64,000 nucleotides of DNA, taken from positions 4,712,001 through 4,776,000 of the forward strand of contig CM120641.1 of assembly GCA_051362555.1 (NCBI GenBank). The letters are read 5' to 3'. The stretch comes from Lingula anatina. Its lineage: Eukaryota; Animalia; Brachiopoda. The notes beneath the pieces are model-generated. The model ran no database searches and was not told the origin of the DNA. It saw only the letters and a list, made by a program, of their open reading frames with translations. Made by a program: the position numbers and the translations under genes. This document shows, piece by piece, positions 1 through 11,843 of this stretch (position 1 is the first letter of the stretch; every line of letters starts with the position of its first letter).

Positions 1-177
1 GCCACTGGGCTCAGGTGCATTTCTTCTCTCTTTCAGTGCCTAATGCAAAGAGTGCCAAGGGCAGTTGCATGTCAAAATCTATTGCCCCTCGGGGCTACAT
101 GCCCAAGCATGAAACTCCAAGAAAGAGAAATGAAATTGAAAAAACCAGTTGTTTTGCTTCAACGTTTGAGCATGTGA
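1..177 (+). CDS. Possible 3' end of an upstream gene (partial, unidentified)
   Basis: Frame 1 is open from base 1 to TGA at 175-177 (ATGLRCISS...KLKKPVVLLQRLSM*) and ends in a PxVxL-like motif. An alternative frame follows an acceptor-like tract (ttcttctctctttcag, ends 36) to a stop at 209. No family recognised. Confidence 0.2.
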   Translation, partial: ATGLRCISSLFQCLMQRVPRAVACQNLLPLGATCPSMKLQEREMKLKKPVVLLQRLSM

Positions 178-334
178 AATTTTCGTGGAGTTTGAAGGAC
201 AGACTTTGAAATATTGTCAAATATGTGTGTTTTTTTAATGCTTGCAGATTCTAGATAAAAATCAAAATATAAACTGTTATTTCACCTGTTCAACTACAGA
301 TTATTGTCTCTTGAAATTATACTGGGTATATAAA

Positions 335-379
335 CAAGGAGTTGCAACAGAATGTTGAAACATCTGTTATAACTCCTTG
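335..379. mobile_element. 45-bp palindromic P-element-like MITE
   Basis: CAAGGAGTT...AACTCCTTG termini; flanks ATATAAA/GTATAAA (7-bp TSD, 1 mismatch); same termini as the element at 21472-21500. Confidence 0.6.
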
Positions 380-1158
380 GTATAAACAAATAAACTAACG
401 TTAAACAGTAGAGCTCGTTTGTCTTGTTGCTGTTTGAATTTTTTATTATCTATTTGATTCCTATAAAATTTAACCGAAAAAACAATGTAACACCGATTTA
501 TCATTCGATTGACGCACCGCGTGAAGATAAAAATATTATAATCCTTTGTAGCCACTTGCAATACTCACACACAACAACAACAGCTTTGCGTCGTTTTTAC
601 TGATTTATTAAACCGTCAACTGAAAAAAATAATTGAAATAAAATAAGAAAATCATCTCATATTCTTGCCCTAGTTCTTTTATATAATGCTATTAAGTCGC
701 TTAAATAACATCTTTACTTAACAGTTGCATGTTATCCTATCTTTATCTCCAAAATATAAGTAACTCTTACCGACTTTGGGCTATTCTAGTGTAATGCAAG
801 CGACTGGGTTCTAAATGATTGTGTAGTAAATCTCATCTGGCGCAACTTATGGGCCAGATTCCTGTTACAAGAACACTTGTAATTACGGCTGTCTCAGCAT
901 CTAATATCAGCCGATCTCATTCCACGTGGAATCACATTCTATCCCATCATTATCATAAGCGCGCTAAAAACAATTGTTACTCAACACCGATGCGACAAAC
1001 AAGTGAGTAGCGCGTCCAAAGTAAAGAAATAAGATTTATCTATAAAACACTGCTCTGGCAGTAACATTCTTTTACGTTTGTTTACATCACATGACTGGCC
1101 ATGTGACGATAGGAATTCCCTTTTCTGTTCTGCTTTGGAAACGAGGCTTGGAGGAGAA

Positions 1159-4061
1159 ATGGCAACTCTGCCAGCAGTCCCGCCTCCTCCACCTCCAGCC
1201 CCTCCTAGCAGTATTGGAATAATACGAGGAACACCTTCATCTCTGAAGGAGACACAGTGTGATGCAGCATACCCAGACTGTAAGACAGAATTACGAAGAG
1301 CCTGCACGTTTCTCAAAAATAGGTGAAGTCCTCGAGGAAATTTGCTCTTGACTTGAACTTGAAAATTTTTGCCGGGGGATTTGTACAAACATCAAAGTAT
1401 ATTTTATTCGGTCTCATTTGAATGTAAGATCAACACTGACAGCAGTGTAATCACAAGTCAAGTTCCTTCTAACAGTCTGCGTTTGATTATTATGGCAGTA
1501 AAAAGGCTTGGTTGATTTACAGCATTATTTTCTGTTTACTGTAGATTGCCCGAAGACACTATCCTGCTTTCTCATAACCAGGTTGTTGCTTCCATACTGC
1601 AGGAAGGACCCATGTAAGTAAACCTCCATAAGATGTGTGTTTTGTATCGGATAAAAAGTTTAATATGATTCCATTTGGTCTAATGGGAATGCTTTTCCCT
1701 TAAATGCATCTGTACAGATGTTTTGGTGAAGGAAAAATGTTGCACAACTAACACATTCGTGCACCAAAATTCATAATCATTAATGCTACTTGGTCTCATT
1801 TGTGTCTTCTATTTGGAATTTGTTCCTCTTTTCAGGTGATTGTTGTGCAAAAATTTTGCAACAACATGAAATTAGCTACCAAAATTCAACATGAAATCTC
1901 TTGGATCTTGTTGATTGATCCAAAGATGCCAACCAAAAGAAAAAAGAAAATATAAGTCATTTTTAAGCTGCAGTTGTTGTAAAAAGCAATCGTATTCATC
2001 CAGGTGTACGAGGAATCCCTCAAAGTTGCACTTAAGGAAATCCTTCAACTTCTTTTCATTGCAGCATACCAAGAGATTTTCTCAATAAAATGAGAGATAT
2101 AATTAATGTCAGGGGCGGATACAGAGATATTTTCTGGCAGTCTTCCAAAAAATGTAAACTTGAAAATCTGACCATCTTCCGGAAGACCCAGAAGATGGCC
2201 TCAATCTGCCCTTGCATGTCAAGATGGAGTATAAACTATAACTATGCAGTACTGATTGATCTGGTAGTTTACAGATGGTTCAGACAGTATCTTATAATGA
2301 CAGTTGCCCATTTCCTGACTTCAGTTTTACCCATTGGAAATGCTGAAAGCAGACTCTCAGTGATACAAAATTGATTGTTCTCTTTAGTTCTTTCCAGGTG
2401 CTACCATTTTGAAATTTTATTGTTACTTCAGGTGTGGCCTGTGTGCCCTGTCTATGGCCACTGAGATGACAGGCAAGAAAGTAGATGTAGATCGGATATT
2501 TTCAACAGCTAAAGACAGGCAGTTTACAAAGCAAGGAGAAATGTTTTCAGGTTATTTTATGCCAATATACATTTGATCAAGTGCTTTAAAATATTCTAAC
2601 TCCTGTAGCATTGCATGTCATCTTTATTATAGTTTAATCTTGACAATATTGTAGTCATTGGTATTTTACTTTGGATTTAAGTATGACTTTCAGATTTTGA
2701 AAAAAAGTCACCATTACCAAAATTTTTCTCATTTTTTACCTAATTAATTACAGTTTTGAATTGCTAGGGTTTTTGTCATTATATATTTTTCACAAAAAGC
2801 TCACTTGTTCAACATTGTCAAAGGTTGACCCCCACTATATAAACAGAATTTAGTTCCACCAGGACTGAGAACTTTTGTATTTTACAGCTGCAGATATGAT
2901 GTCATTAGCTGAGGAAATTACCCAAGAAAAGTGTGTTCTTTTAGACAAAAGCTTGCAAACATGCATAGTCGTGTCACATCTAATCAAGGGAAATCCTGTA
3001 CTAGTTCCGTAAGTCTAATCATGACTAAAATTGAAATATTAATTATGTAATGTTAATAAAATGGTAGTCTAGTAGCATGTCACAGTTAATAAGATGCAGT
3101 CAAAAGATTAAAATTATCTTTATTTAAACAAATTTCTTTATCAAATTTTTTCCCTCTTGCAATTTTTGCCAAGTACTTGGCTCCATTTTTTATGATTTAT
3201 TTAAATTGATTATAACTTTTAAATAGCCTAGATATATTGATTTTATCAATTTTTTAAAGCTTGCGTTTGTATATATTCCCATACAGTAATCTAAGGCACA
3301 TTGCATTTCTGCATATTTGTAGGTATGACTCTGACTGTAACCATGAGCCCTGTTTAAAGGAAGGTCGTAAAGCACACTGGGCAGTGTTGACAGGTAAAGC
3401 AGGTTTAAAATCTGATCATATACCACCAAAATGAATAGGTAGTTCAATCAAATTCTTATCACTGTTTTAAGCAAACTAAGAACTGAAGGCTGATGATGTG
3501 ATATAATATGATGCAAAGTCAGTGTCTTACAGGGGCAGATTGAAGACGTGTTCTGGGTCTTCCAGAAGACAGTCAGATTTTCAAGTTTACATTGACAGAC
3601 ATCTAATTTTTTCTGTCGGAAGAAGGTCAAAAATGGAGGATGGATCAACAAAGATAATTTGGAAGACTGGTCCGCCCCTGTCTTATAGGTTTTCCTCATA
3701 CTCCATTCCAGGTGTCCTGTTTGTGATGTCAGATCATCAAAGTTCAGTGCAGGACCAGAATTATGAACAAGATGACAGATTGAACTATTTATATCACTCA
3801 AAAGGAGATTATTCAGATCTGAGTTTGGAACAGTTATCAAATCTCAACAGTAACTGTGATATATATTTTTTTGCCAAGCAGGGGAAGAGCAAACATTTAC
3901 AATGCTGGAACTCTGAGGACCTCCGTGCCAGCAACTGCAATCTCACCAAAATTGACCCTGAAAGGGACAATGAGCACTACATAAGACCAGAGGGCGGCCT
4001 AGAAGAGGGGCTAAAGAACAAGGTGGTCATCATTATGAAGAATTGTACTGCCCCGTCGTGA
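1159..4061 (+). CDS. ACTMAP: Actin maturation protease (C19orf54/UPF0692 family), 6 exons, 297 aa
   Basis: Exons 1159-1322, 1545-1613, 2432-2550, 2888-3008, 3323-3393, 3712-4061 (GT-AG, 894 nt, in frame). N-terminal polyproline, QEGPMCGLCALSMA (catalytic Cys), FTKQGEMFS, LVPYDSDCNHEPCLKEGRKAHWA, AKQGKSKH..W and LRASNCNL motifs match the family. Confidence 0.9.
2110..2214 (-). mobile_element. CAGGGG-TIR MITE, internally deleted copy
   Basis: CAGGGGCGGAT...ATCTGCCCTTG termini; interior is the reverse complement of part of 3530-3680; flanks AATGT/CATGT. Confidence 0.65.
3530..3680 (+). mobile_element. CAGGGG-TIR MITE with 5-bp TSD
   Basis: CAGGGGCAGA...TCCGCCCCTG termini flanked by TCTTA on both sides; related copies at 2110-2214 and 62247-62414. 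Confidence 0.75.
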
Positions 4062-4102
4062 TATATTTGTATTTTTTATTACTCTCAATATTTTCTAATT
4101 TG

Positions 4103-4104
<2 letters not shown>

Positions 4105-4192
<88 letters not shown>

Positions 4193-4206
4193 TTTTTGGG
4201 GGGGGA
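4105..4206. repeat. (TA)n microsatellite followed by poly-T and a G run (ACTMAP 3' UTR)
   Basis: About 35 TA units, then about 24 T and a G run. Confidence 0.9.
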
Positions 4207-4453
4207 GGGTGTTTGTTTCAATTTATTTATCTATTTTCTGTAATCCATGAACTGCAGTGATGAGTCAGTTAATATATAGAGGTCACCATCATATATTATA
4301 ATTTAGCCATGTTTGGGTATTAAGCTAGCATGTTTTGTTAAAGGAAAGTTTCTTGATACAAATTTTAAGAATTAATGTCATACTGTTAATTTTATATCCT
4401 GGGTCTCCCTTTCTTTGTCAATTAGTCGGAGTATGTGGGATGAAGAAGACTTA

Positions 4454-4684
4454 GGCCCCATTCCCATAGACACCATTGGTCTACATAGATTGATCCAACT
4501 CTGCTTGGACTCTCACTGAAAGCAATCATGAGAATCATGACACGCCTTCTTTTGTCTCTAACATACTCGTATCATCACCAGTTTTTCTGTATTCTCCTCA
4601 ATGTCAGGAGGAGACGTGTCATTCAGTTAAACTGATTGCACTCAGCGAGCTGGATCAATCTATGGTGTCTATGGGATCGGAGTC
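4454..4684 (-). mobile_element. PIF/Harbinger-like MITE
   Basis: TIR GGCCCCATTCCCATAGACACCAT...ATAGATTGATCCA / TGGATCAATCTATGGTGTCTATGGGATCGGAGTC; preceded by TTA. Interior ~4615-4650 is the reverse complement of ~51850-51890. Confidence 0.65.
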
Positions 4685-5665
4685 TTGCACATTTCTTTGT
4701 TGAATAAATAGAAACTTTATTACACCATGCTTTATTTTTTTTATAATACCTTCACACAGTTTTAAAAGTTTTCCCGATGGATAGCGTTCCAAAAACGCAA
4801 ACGCTAATAGTTTTTTTTTTTCTTTTTTTTTTTCAACGTTAAAATACATTTGCATGCGCAATTCCATATCCGCTTGCTCTTTTTTTTTTTTTTTTTTTTT
4901 TTTTCTCGTCGGTCGATTCATTTGACTTTGGTTTCTCGGGTATATTTTGCACTTTGATTTAGAACTTAAAGTTCTGTACTTAATCTTCATTTGCACATTA
5001 TATATAGAATACGTGCTGAAAAAAGTCTGGATTATTAAATCATTTAATTATCGATTTATTTGCTGGTTTTAAATAGGGAGCTGTATCTTTAGAAGTCTGC
5101 ACTTTGAGTAAGGATCGCGAAGTTGTTAAATTAAGATAAAATAAAAGACGCGTGTATTTTTTTAGCTGTTGTAAATGAACTATTTTATTCGTCGAGTTTT
5201 TAGATAAAGTGAATGGCACTTATACGTAGACCCAACAGTGCCATGGACACAATCTTGTTTACTGTTAAACCATAATATATCTTATTAGCCAGAAACTGTA
5301 AATGATATGGAGGCAAGGTTTTCCAATACACTTTAAAAACTGCTGTGAAATACATTCTATTTGGCCCACGTCTCCTTCAACTTTGTAAGAACTTTCACAT
5401 GTAGTAGTGCATGTACAAGAAAAACAAATGGCTATTTACGTTAAAGTATTGGCGCTTTTCTTTCCCTAGGTGTATAAGGGGTTAAGTGTATCAAAAACAT
5501 TTACGTAAACGAAAGATGCTTTTTCTTGTGGGCCTATTTTTACCAGAACCTCATTTTTACACGACCTCATTTTTTACCACAGAAACTGGAAAAATTTTAT
5601 TTGAAAGATGCCAGTTTTCCTTGTGGTTCTTAAAGTTGTTGCTACAAGCGTATTAGATATTTCTT

Positions 5666-6496
5666 TTAAATTGAATTATGAACATCGAGGTAAGTTAAAT
5701 CAGAATGTCTTTTAGATATCGATGGCAGATTTTGCCGCCCTGGACTACTATTTCCCCATGAATATGACCTATTCCTGTCACGTGAGGAGAGAGCGTTTGG
5801 TTCAGTCTTTTTCCTGTATTGGAAAGTCGTAGCGTGGTGATGATCCAGCGTTGAAGTCACCATATTTGCCTTCTTAATCCTGTACATTGTCCGTGGTTGT
5901 ATCCCGTACGAAGGATCAAACCAGTACTTAGCTTGTGGGCGTTGTCCGGTGTTCGCGGCTGACCAGGTGGACGAACGCGGCCTGCCGTTCTTTAAAGGAT
6001 GAAGAAGATTTGTAAAATCTGTTCTGTAGTTCGAAGCGACGGAGAACGCTGTGAGAGTAGGGTGGCTGCCATTTATATTGTCCCGGTCGAGAATGCCGCT
6101 CTGGTATTCACTGCCAGTGTTACGGTGAAGAATGTCATGTTCGCTGCGTCTCCTATCTAACAATCTTGCTGGCTGATTCTCTCCGTACTCTGGATGATTT
6201 AATGGATACTCTTTTGATTTAAACTCCGGCGCACATGTACTAGGGCGTGGGTCTTGAAACGGGCGTGTTTTAGCTTTTATGTCTTTTAGTTCTTTTTCTA
6301 GAATTGTTTTTTCTCTTTTCATATCATGAAGGTAGTGTGCCTGTTGTCTTTTTAACTCGTTTTCTTCAAGTTCAAGGCGGTGTTTCTGTTCTCTGGTTAC
6401 TTCTAAAACGTGTCCGTATAGTTCGTAGGTATGTCTTTTCTGAATGTCTGAGAGCCCGGGCATAGGATTGAACAGATGGTCGTCAAAGTGGGCCAT
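5666..6496 (-). CDS. Uncharacterised 276-aa protein, single coding exon, N-terminal coiled coil (weakly CCDC190-like) and basic disordered C-terminus
   Basis: 831-nt ORF in AT-rich DNA with raised GC; acceptor-like tttttttatag/cacag just upstream of the ATG; candidate upstream donor CAG|GTAAG near 6836; heptad segment RLELEENELKRQQAHYLHDMKREKTILEKELKDIK. Confidence 0.7.
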   Translation of the reverse strand: MAHFDDHLFNPMPGLSDIQKRHTYELYGHVLEVTREQKHRLELEENELKRQQAHYLHDMKREKTILEKELKDIKAKTRPFQDPRPSTCAPEFKSKEYPLNHPEYGENQPARLLDRRRSEHDILHRNTGSEYQSGILDRDNINGSHPTLTAFSVASNYRTDFTNLLHPLKNGRPRSSTWSAANTGQRPQAKYWFDPSYGIQPRTMYRIKKANMVTSTLDHHHATTFQYRKKTEPNALSSRDRNRSYSWGNSSPGRQNLPSISKRHSDLTYLDVHNSI

Positions 6497-8189
6497 TTCC
6501 TGTGTTTTCTATAAAAAAATGTTTGCAATTGAACATCCATTTTCAGTCACGTTAACGTTTACAAAACATACAAAGCGTAGGCTCTTTTTTGTATGTGCCC
6601 CGACGACATTCCGTTTTCAAACAGACTGAAAATTTCATTTCTATTCCAAAAATGTTTAAAGGAGGGTTTCAGACGGAAATCTGTTTTGAGTTTTAGGACT
6701 GCATGTGCAACCCATGCGACCAGTGCATATTTTCCCGTTTGTTTTAGATAAGTCACAAGATGTTTTCACAGTTCTCGTGACCTTACACTCTCTGCTATGA
6801 GAGCGACCTGGAAACTGTCACGAGCTATTCCTTACCTGATAAACTTGCCTGTGCCTTCAGCACAGGGCTATCGCTAAGAAAACATTTACTAAGTTCATGT
6901 CGATAAATCACATAAAAATCCTACCCCAAATACTTAAAGAACATCGCCTCTTGCTGGGCGCTTAACGTCTAATAGAACGCTCATTTCGGTTGTCATTTAT
7001 CGTGCAAGTTAGCATTTCAATTATTCAAGCCATCATTGAGCCTACAATTACATTTTAACTAGCTTTTCCTGTAACATTTCAAAAGTACCTTGATCGGTTC
7101 CTTTCGTACAAAATTAGGGTTTAATCTGGATACCAATTCAGTTGCTGTCTACATCAAGTGTCCAATGCTGGCCTAGAACAAAATAGCACCGTTAGCGATT
7201 CCGTCCCAGATAAGAGTGAAGCAGACGGTAAAGTAGTTCTTTTTTTATGTCGTCACAATTTCACCATGCTGGAGGCTGTATTGGTTGATCTCAAGGTTCA
7301 ATTGCAAGCAACTTCTCTGACCTCGTTCTTTTTTATGCGCAGTAAACAAAATTGAATAGCCCAAGTAGGAGTAAATAAAGATAAAGCGTTTCACCATTCA
7401 CTACACAATTCAAGTAATCATTTTAATCTACAATGAAAAACCAAAGTAGTAAAACTGAGCACGTACCAAGGTCAACAGGTCGGGGTGTATAAGCAAAGCA
7501 ATTGTTAAAATACTTAGGATTCGTTTATTCAACAAGGAGTTAAGTAAATGTTATATCTGTCTGGATGACCTGTGACTTCCCAGTCTTGCCACCTATCACT
7601 GATTTTTCTCATTGCTGTAGCTGACGAACGTTTTTGGGATAATTTATTTTCTTAAGTTTTAAAGATTAAAAGTTTTTTTTCATAACATTAAAAACTCTTA
7701 ATGTTACCATCACAGCTCTTTAGATAAAAACAACAGAAAAGAAAATTTACATTTTTCAAAGCTTTCACGAGTGCCATTATTTCGAAGGTGTCCACAGTTG
7801 AGTAAAAGTTCCCCATTCACAAGGCTTAATATGAAATAGCTGCAAGCCCGTGGTTCTGGCTATGGATATCACGTCTTCACTTTGAGTGCATCATAATTAA
7901 CGTAACTTTATGCTTTGAATTTAAAAAATTAAAAGCGACATGTAGCTGCAGTTAAAAATAGACTGTTTAACAGGATTTTAGTCTGTGAACTTGTTAAGCA
8001 TGTAACAAAAAAAAGCGTCATATTCTGTACAGCCTAAGCAAGATAAGGCTGATAAAGTAGGACTGGGAATACAAGGTACTTGTGTAAAATGCGTCAGCAT
8101 CTTGCCGAATTAAAGAATACGTTATGGTAGCATATCTGTACAAAACACCAAAGAATAAAAAATCTGACCTCCTATTCATAGGTGTTTAA

Positions 8190-8455
8190 TTACCTCCGCC
8201 AAGGAGGTTGTTTTTACCCCTGTTTGTTTGTTACCTCCGCCAAGGAGGTTGTTTTCACCCTTGTTTGTCTGTTTGTTTGTTTGTCTGTCATCAACATAAC
8301 TCAAAAAGTTATGGACCGATTTTGATGAAATTTTCAGGAACTGTCAGAAGTGGGCCAAGGAACAGATGGTTATTTTTTGGTGGTGATCCGGATCATTAAC
8401 CATCAATAATCAATAATAATCAAAAATTGCTGCCGTGGCGGAGGTCTTTTCTAGT
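8190..8455 (+). mobile_element. Non-autonomous Helentron/HINE (DINE-1-like) element
   Basis: 5' TTACCTCCGCCAAGGAGG (41-bp head duplicated), GTTT/GTCT microsatellite, core matching 33379-33679, 3' subterminal inverted copy CCGTGGCGGAGGT and TTTTCTAGT end. Confidence 0.75.
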
Positions 8456-9240
8456 TGTATTGCTTAGTTATGAAATTAATACAGATTTGGATTTTTGGGG
8501 GCATTTTTTTATAGATTTTTACGAGTAACTTAATTCTTTGTTTGTTTGTTTGCTTATAAACATATTTATTTTGCTATGATTGACGTCTCACCAATCACAT
8601 TCATATAGCTCAACTGGCGCAATAACCTTACACATTTGCCGTTTTTTCGTCGATTAGTAAATATAAGAGGAGGTGTCTGCTAAAAGGTATTGAAAACTCA
8701 GTCAAACTTATTAACAACAAAGTGTTTTTCCTATACTCTGTGGCGAAGACCTTTTTTAAAAATACGTAATAAGACGACGGTTTTGTCTCCTCGCCGATCA
8801 TTTGACTGAAGATGTGCAGGAAAGCAAGCAATATACCCCGATGCAATGATAAGTCATGTAAATCCGTTGAATTAATACACCGTTTCTTGCAACCATTCCA
8901 CAGGGAGAAGGATTTCTTAATTTTCCAGCGTTTTTAAACCATCAAGTGTCTCCCTCTTAACACAAATGATAGGAAATTACCATTTCTAAGTATCAGAGAA
9001 AATCATTTCGCTTATATGCGACCTAGACAGACCAAGACATTTCTGTTCTCTCGGGTTTCTAATTCCTTCTAAATTTTTAACTTGTAACTAATGGCATGTA
9101 GGCCTATGCCACTGGCGGTGTCCACTTTCTCTGTAAAGGTAATTATTCTTTTCTATTTGCATTTATATCCAAACCGGTTTTAAAAAAACTGGAAATCTGT
9201 TAAAATGTGAAATTCAATGGTATGAATTTTTTCATACTTC

Positions 9241-9241
<1 letters not shown>

Positions 9242-9286
<45 letters not shown>
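9242..9286. repeat. (GT)n microsatellite
   Basis: About 22 TG units. Confidence 0.9.
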
Positions 9287-9287
<1 letters not shown>

Positions 9288-11400
9288 GGTAAAGGGAAAC
9301 TGAAAATTGGACAACTGTATTTTTGGAATGACAGGTGGATTCTGAGCAATGCTATTGCAGTCCGCATACAATAGCATCCCGATCAATATTCTGATATACA
9401 ATAGTGAATGCACATTTGTTAACATGGAACATTACAGAAACATCACCGAAATGCGCGCGGGCATCGCGGGTGGGCTTAAACTTAATTTGAGTAAATATAC
9501 TGAAGTATGCTTTCAGAGTAGGAGTGATGCTCCTACTATTTTAAATTAATACATAGCTTTACTCTTGTTGATTTCCAAATAATGTATATGAATGAATCGC
9601 CACAGTACTGATCTATTAGACTACAATAAATTCTCTCATAATGACCTGATTATGTTCTATCTTAATGAACTTGGGTCCTTCCCGAAAAGTACTGAGGGTA
9701 TTATTTTGTACTTACTAATTAAGAATTGCAACGTACACGCGATTTGAACTTTTGATTACACAACTGGGCCTGTTACCTGAAAGGCACTTTTTATCCTATA
9801 TGCTGTCATTTCCCACCCAAACGCCACTAATGATTCATTCAGCTGCTCTCAATTTATGATCAAACCCGTTAGTGTTTGTGTGTGCGCGCACGAGAGAGAG
9901 AGAGAGAGAGAGGGTGAGAATTATAAAAAAATTGCCATGGGTGAATTTAATTTAAATTGGCTCAGATAAATAAAGCATGGGATATCTAATGTAGGCTTTT
10001 ATAACTTGATTGCATAATCATGAAATATTAAATTGCGTCATCTTTTTTTTTTCTTGCCCTTAATTGATAATTCTTTCCTAAATTTCTTAATAATTTGCCT
10101 TCCATAATGGCATAATTATTTTTCATCATTTCCAAGTAATGAAAGATTTACGTCAAACCTCAAATGTGAGGTAAAATATTTCAATAGGCCCGAAAATAAA
10201 TCCTATTAACAGGCCTTATTAGTTATTTTTTTCAAGGACAGCCAAACATTCACCCAGAAATGACGCACATAAGTTTGATAATCAAGCTAACATAGTGAAA
10301 ACAACAGTATTGCTACTTTTCATTTTTAATTTCACTTCTTGTCTTACCTTCCTCATTATGGAGAAATTATTTCTCCGCTCCTTTATGACTTCCAGAATCT
10401 CTTTTACTCTGTTTTTTTAAACGACATTTTTAACATTTCTTTCAAAATACATCACTTTGCATTATGTGGGCGAAATTTCACTTTGGGCACTGATGTTTAT
10501 GTGTTCAAGTAAAAGACGACATTGTCCATAGATTACTAAGTGCACGTTTTTTATCGCGCAATATGTTTCCCTAAATAAAAAATGGGAATCGCCGTGCATC
10601 TCTAAAATAGTGGTGAGGTACAAGACCCATTTCCATTTCTGTCAATACAAACAACTCCGTGTTCTGGAGCGTCTAAATAAACCTTTCCTACTGCGCTTCC
10701 CCCGTGCGAAAACGGCTGAAAAAACATTTAGCTGCCTGCAAAAATTAAGGCAATCTATCTTCAAGCTAGTCTTGTGTGTTATTGAATAAGTTCCCAATTA
10801 CTTTATCTATTATTACCTCAGGTGGAGGGACCTCCGATATTTTTCTTAATTTGCCGCTAATGACATCGTATGCGAAAATTGCTAATCACTACTAATCTTT
10901 TTATAGTCTTGTCGACCTAGGTTGTGTTCGGAGATATTGATATTGAGAGCTGGGATTGTTCTTATGTCTAAAGGCTTCTTGGCAAATTTGCGCTGGGAAC
11001 ATTAAGAGATTTAATCATTAAATATAAATTATCACGGGATGCGAAAATTGCAGACAATCGTCATTACTCGCGTTTCTATCTTTAAGTGGTCATTTAAGTC
11101 CTTAATTAAGGGAAACAATCGAAACTAAGAGGATAATAGACTATTGGAATGATCATAGAATAGAAAAACACTCGAAATACGATTTGTGCTGTTGACCCAC
11201 GTACAAGGATAGGCCACGACCAAAATCGATGCAAATTTGATAGAGCCTTGTTCCGAAAGCGATCATAATTTACACCATGTTTAGATTTTATCTTGCAAAT
11301 GTTTTCCAGAAACAATTCGAGTAAAAAATCCCGAAGGGAAGATTTGTTGAACGCTAAAAGTGTGCTGCCCAGCAGACGACAGCTTATATTACCTCGCGGA

Positions 11401-11544
11401 GATTGGAAACGAGCCGCCCGATTGGTCAAAACATTCGGCTATGATTGACAGCTCCGAGTATTGATATTTCAATTACAAGGACTTGGTAATTTGCTCGTTA
11501 GACAAAAGCTAATTAGATTGCCAAGTTTGCACGGGCCTATAAAG
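11401..11544 (+). promoter_or_regulatory. Core promoter of Vsx paralogue A
   Basis: Two reverse CCAAT boxes (ATTGG at 11402 and 11421), PBX-MEIS decamer TGATTGACAG 11442-11451, P3-like TAATTAGATTG 11510-11520 and TATAAAG 11538-11544, about 300 bp upstream of the ATG. Confidence 0.55.
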
Positions 11545-11843
11545 AGAGGAGAAGGTGTGAACTTTGTTATATTTTGACAAACAGAAATGGATATTATCGC
11601 CTGGACTACGTGTGTTTTTTGACTCACTGGATCCTTCGGCGAAGAGATATAACATTTGACGAGTCCCGGTTATCATATTCAGTAAAGGTTTGTTCAGGTG
11701 GAAGATAATAATCATCTATAAAGAAGCGGGAGTTCATTCATTTGCACACCCTCAAACGCTAGTCAATATCTTTGAACACAATACTGATCAGAACCTCTAT
11801 TTATTACGTGCATAGATCAGGTTTAGGGAGAGATCGGTGGACT

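Noticed and set aside
250-1000. Possible divergent minus-strand transcript (donor-like sites near 770 and 567, acceptor near 251)
   Set aside because: No sustained reading frame could be built; it cannot be supported without transcripts.
981-1388. 135-aa minus-strand ORF and other antisense ORFs (11919-12254, 28289-28657, 44206-44532, 54610-55034)
   Set aside because: They are shadows of real exons on the opposite strand with no independent features.
3522-3711. N-terminal part of the 179-aa ORF at 3522-4061
   Set aside because: This is read-through of an intronic MITE; the real exon starts at the acceptor at 3711/3712.
4033-4243. ORFs with YIYIYI or poly-K/F runs (also THTH and ERER ORFs at 9180, 49088, 62846)
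   Set aside because: They are translations of microsatellites.
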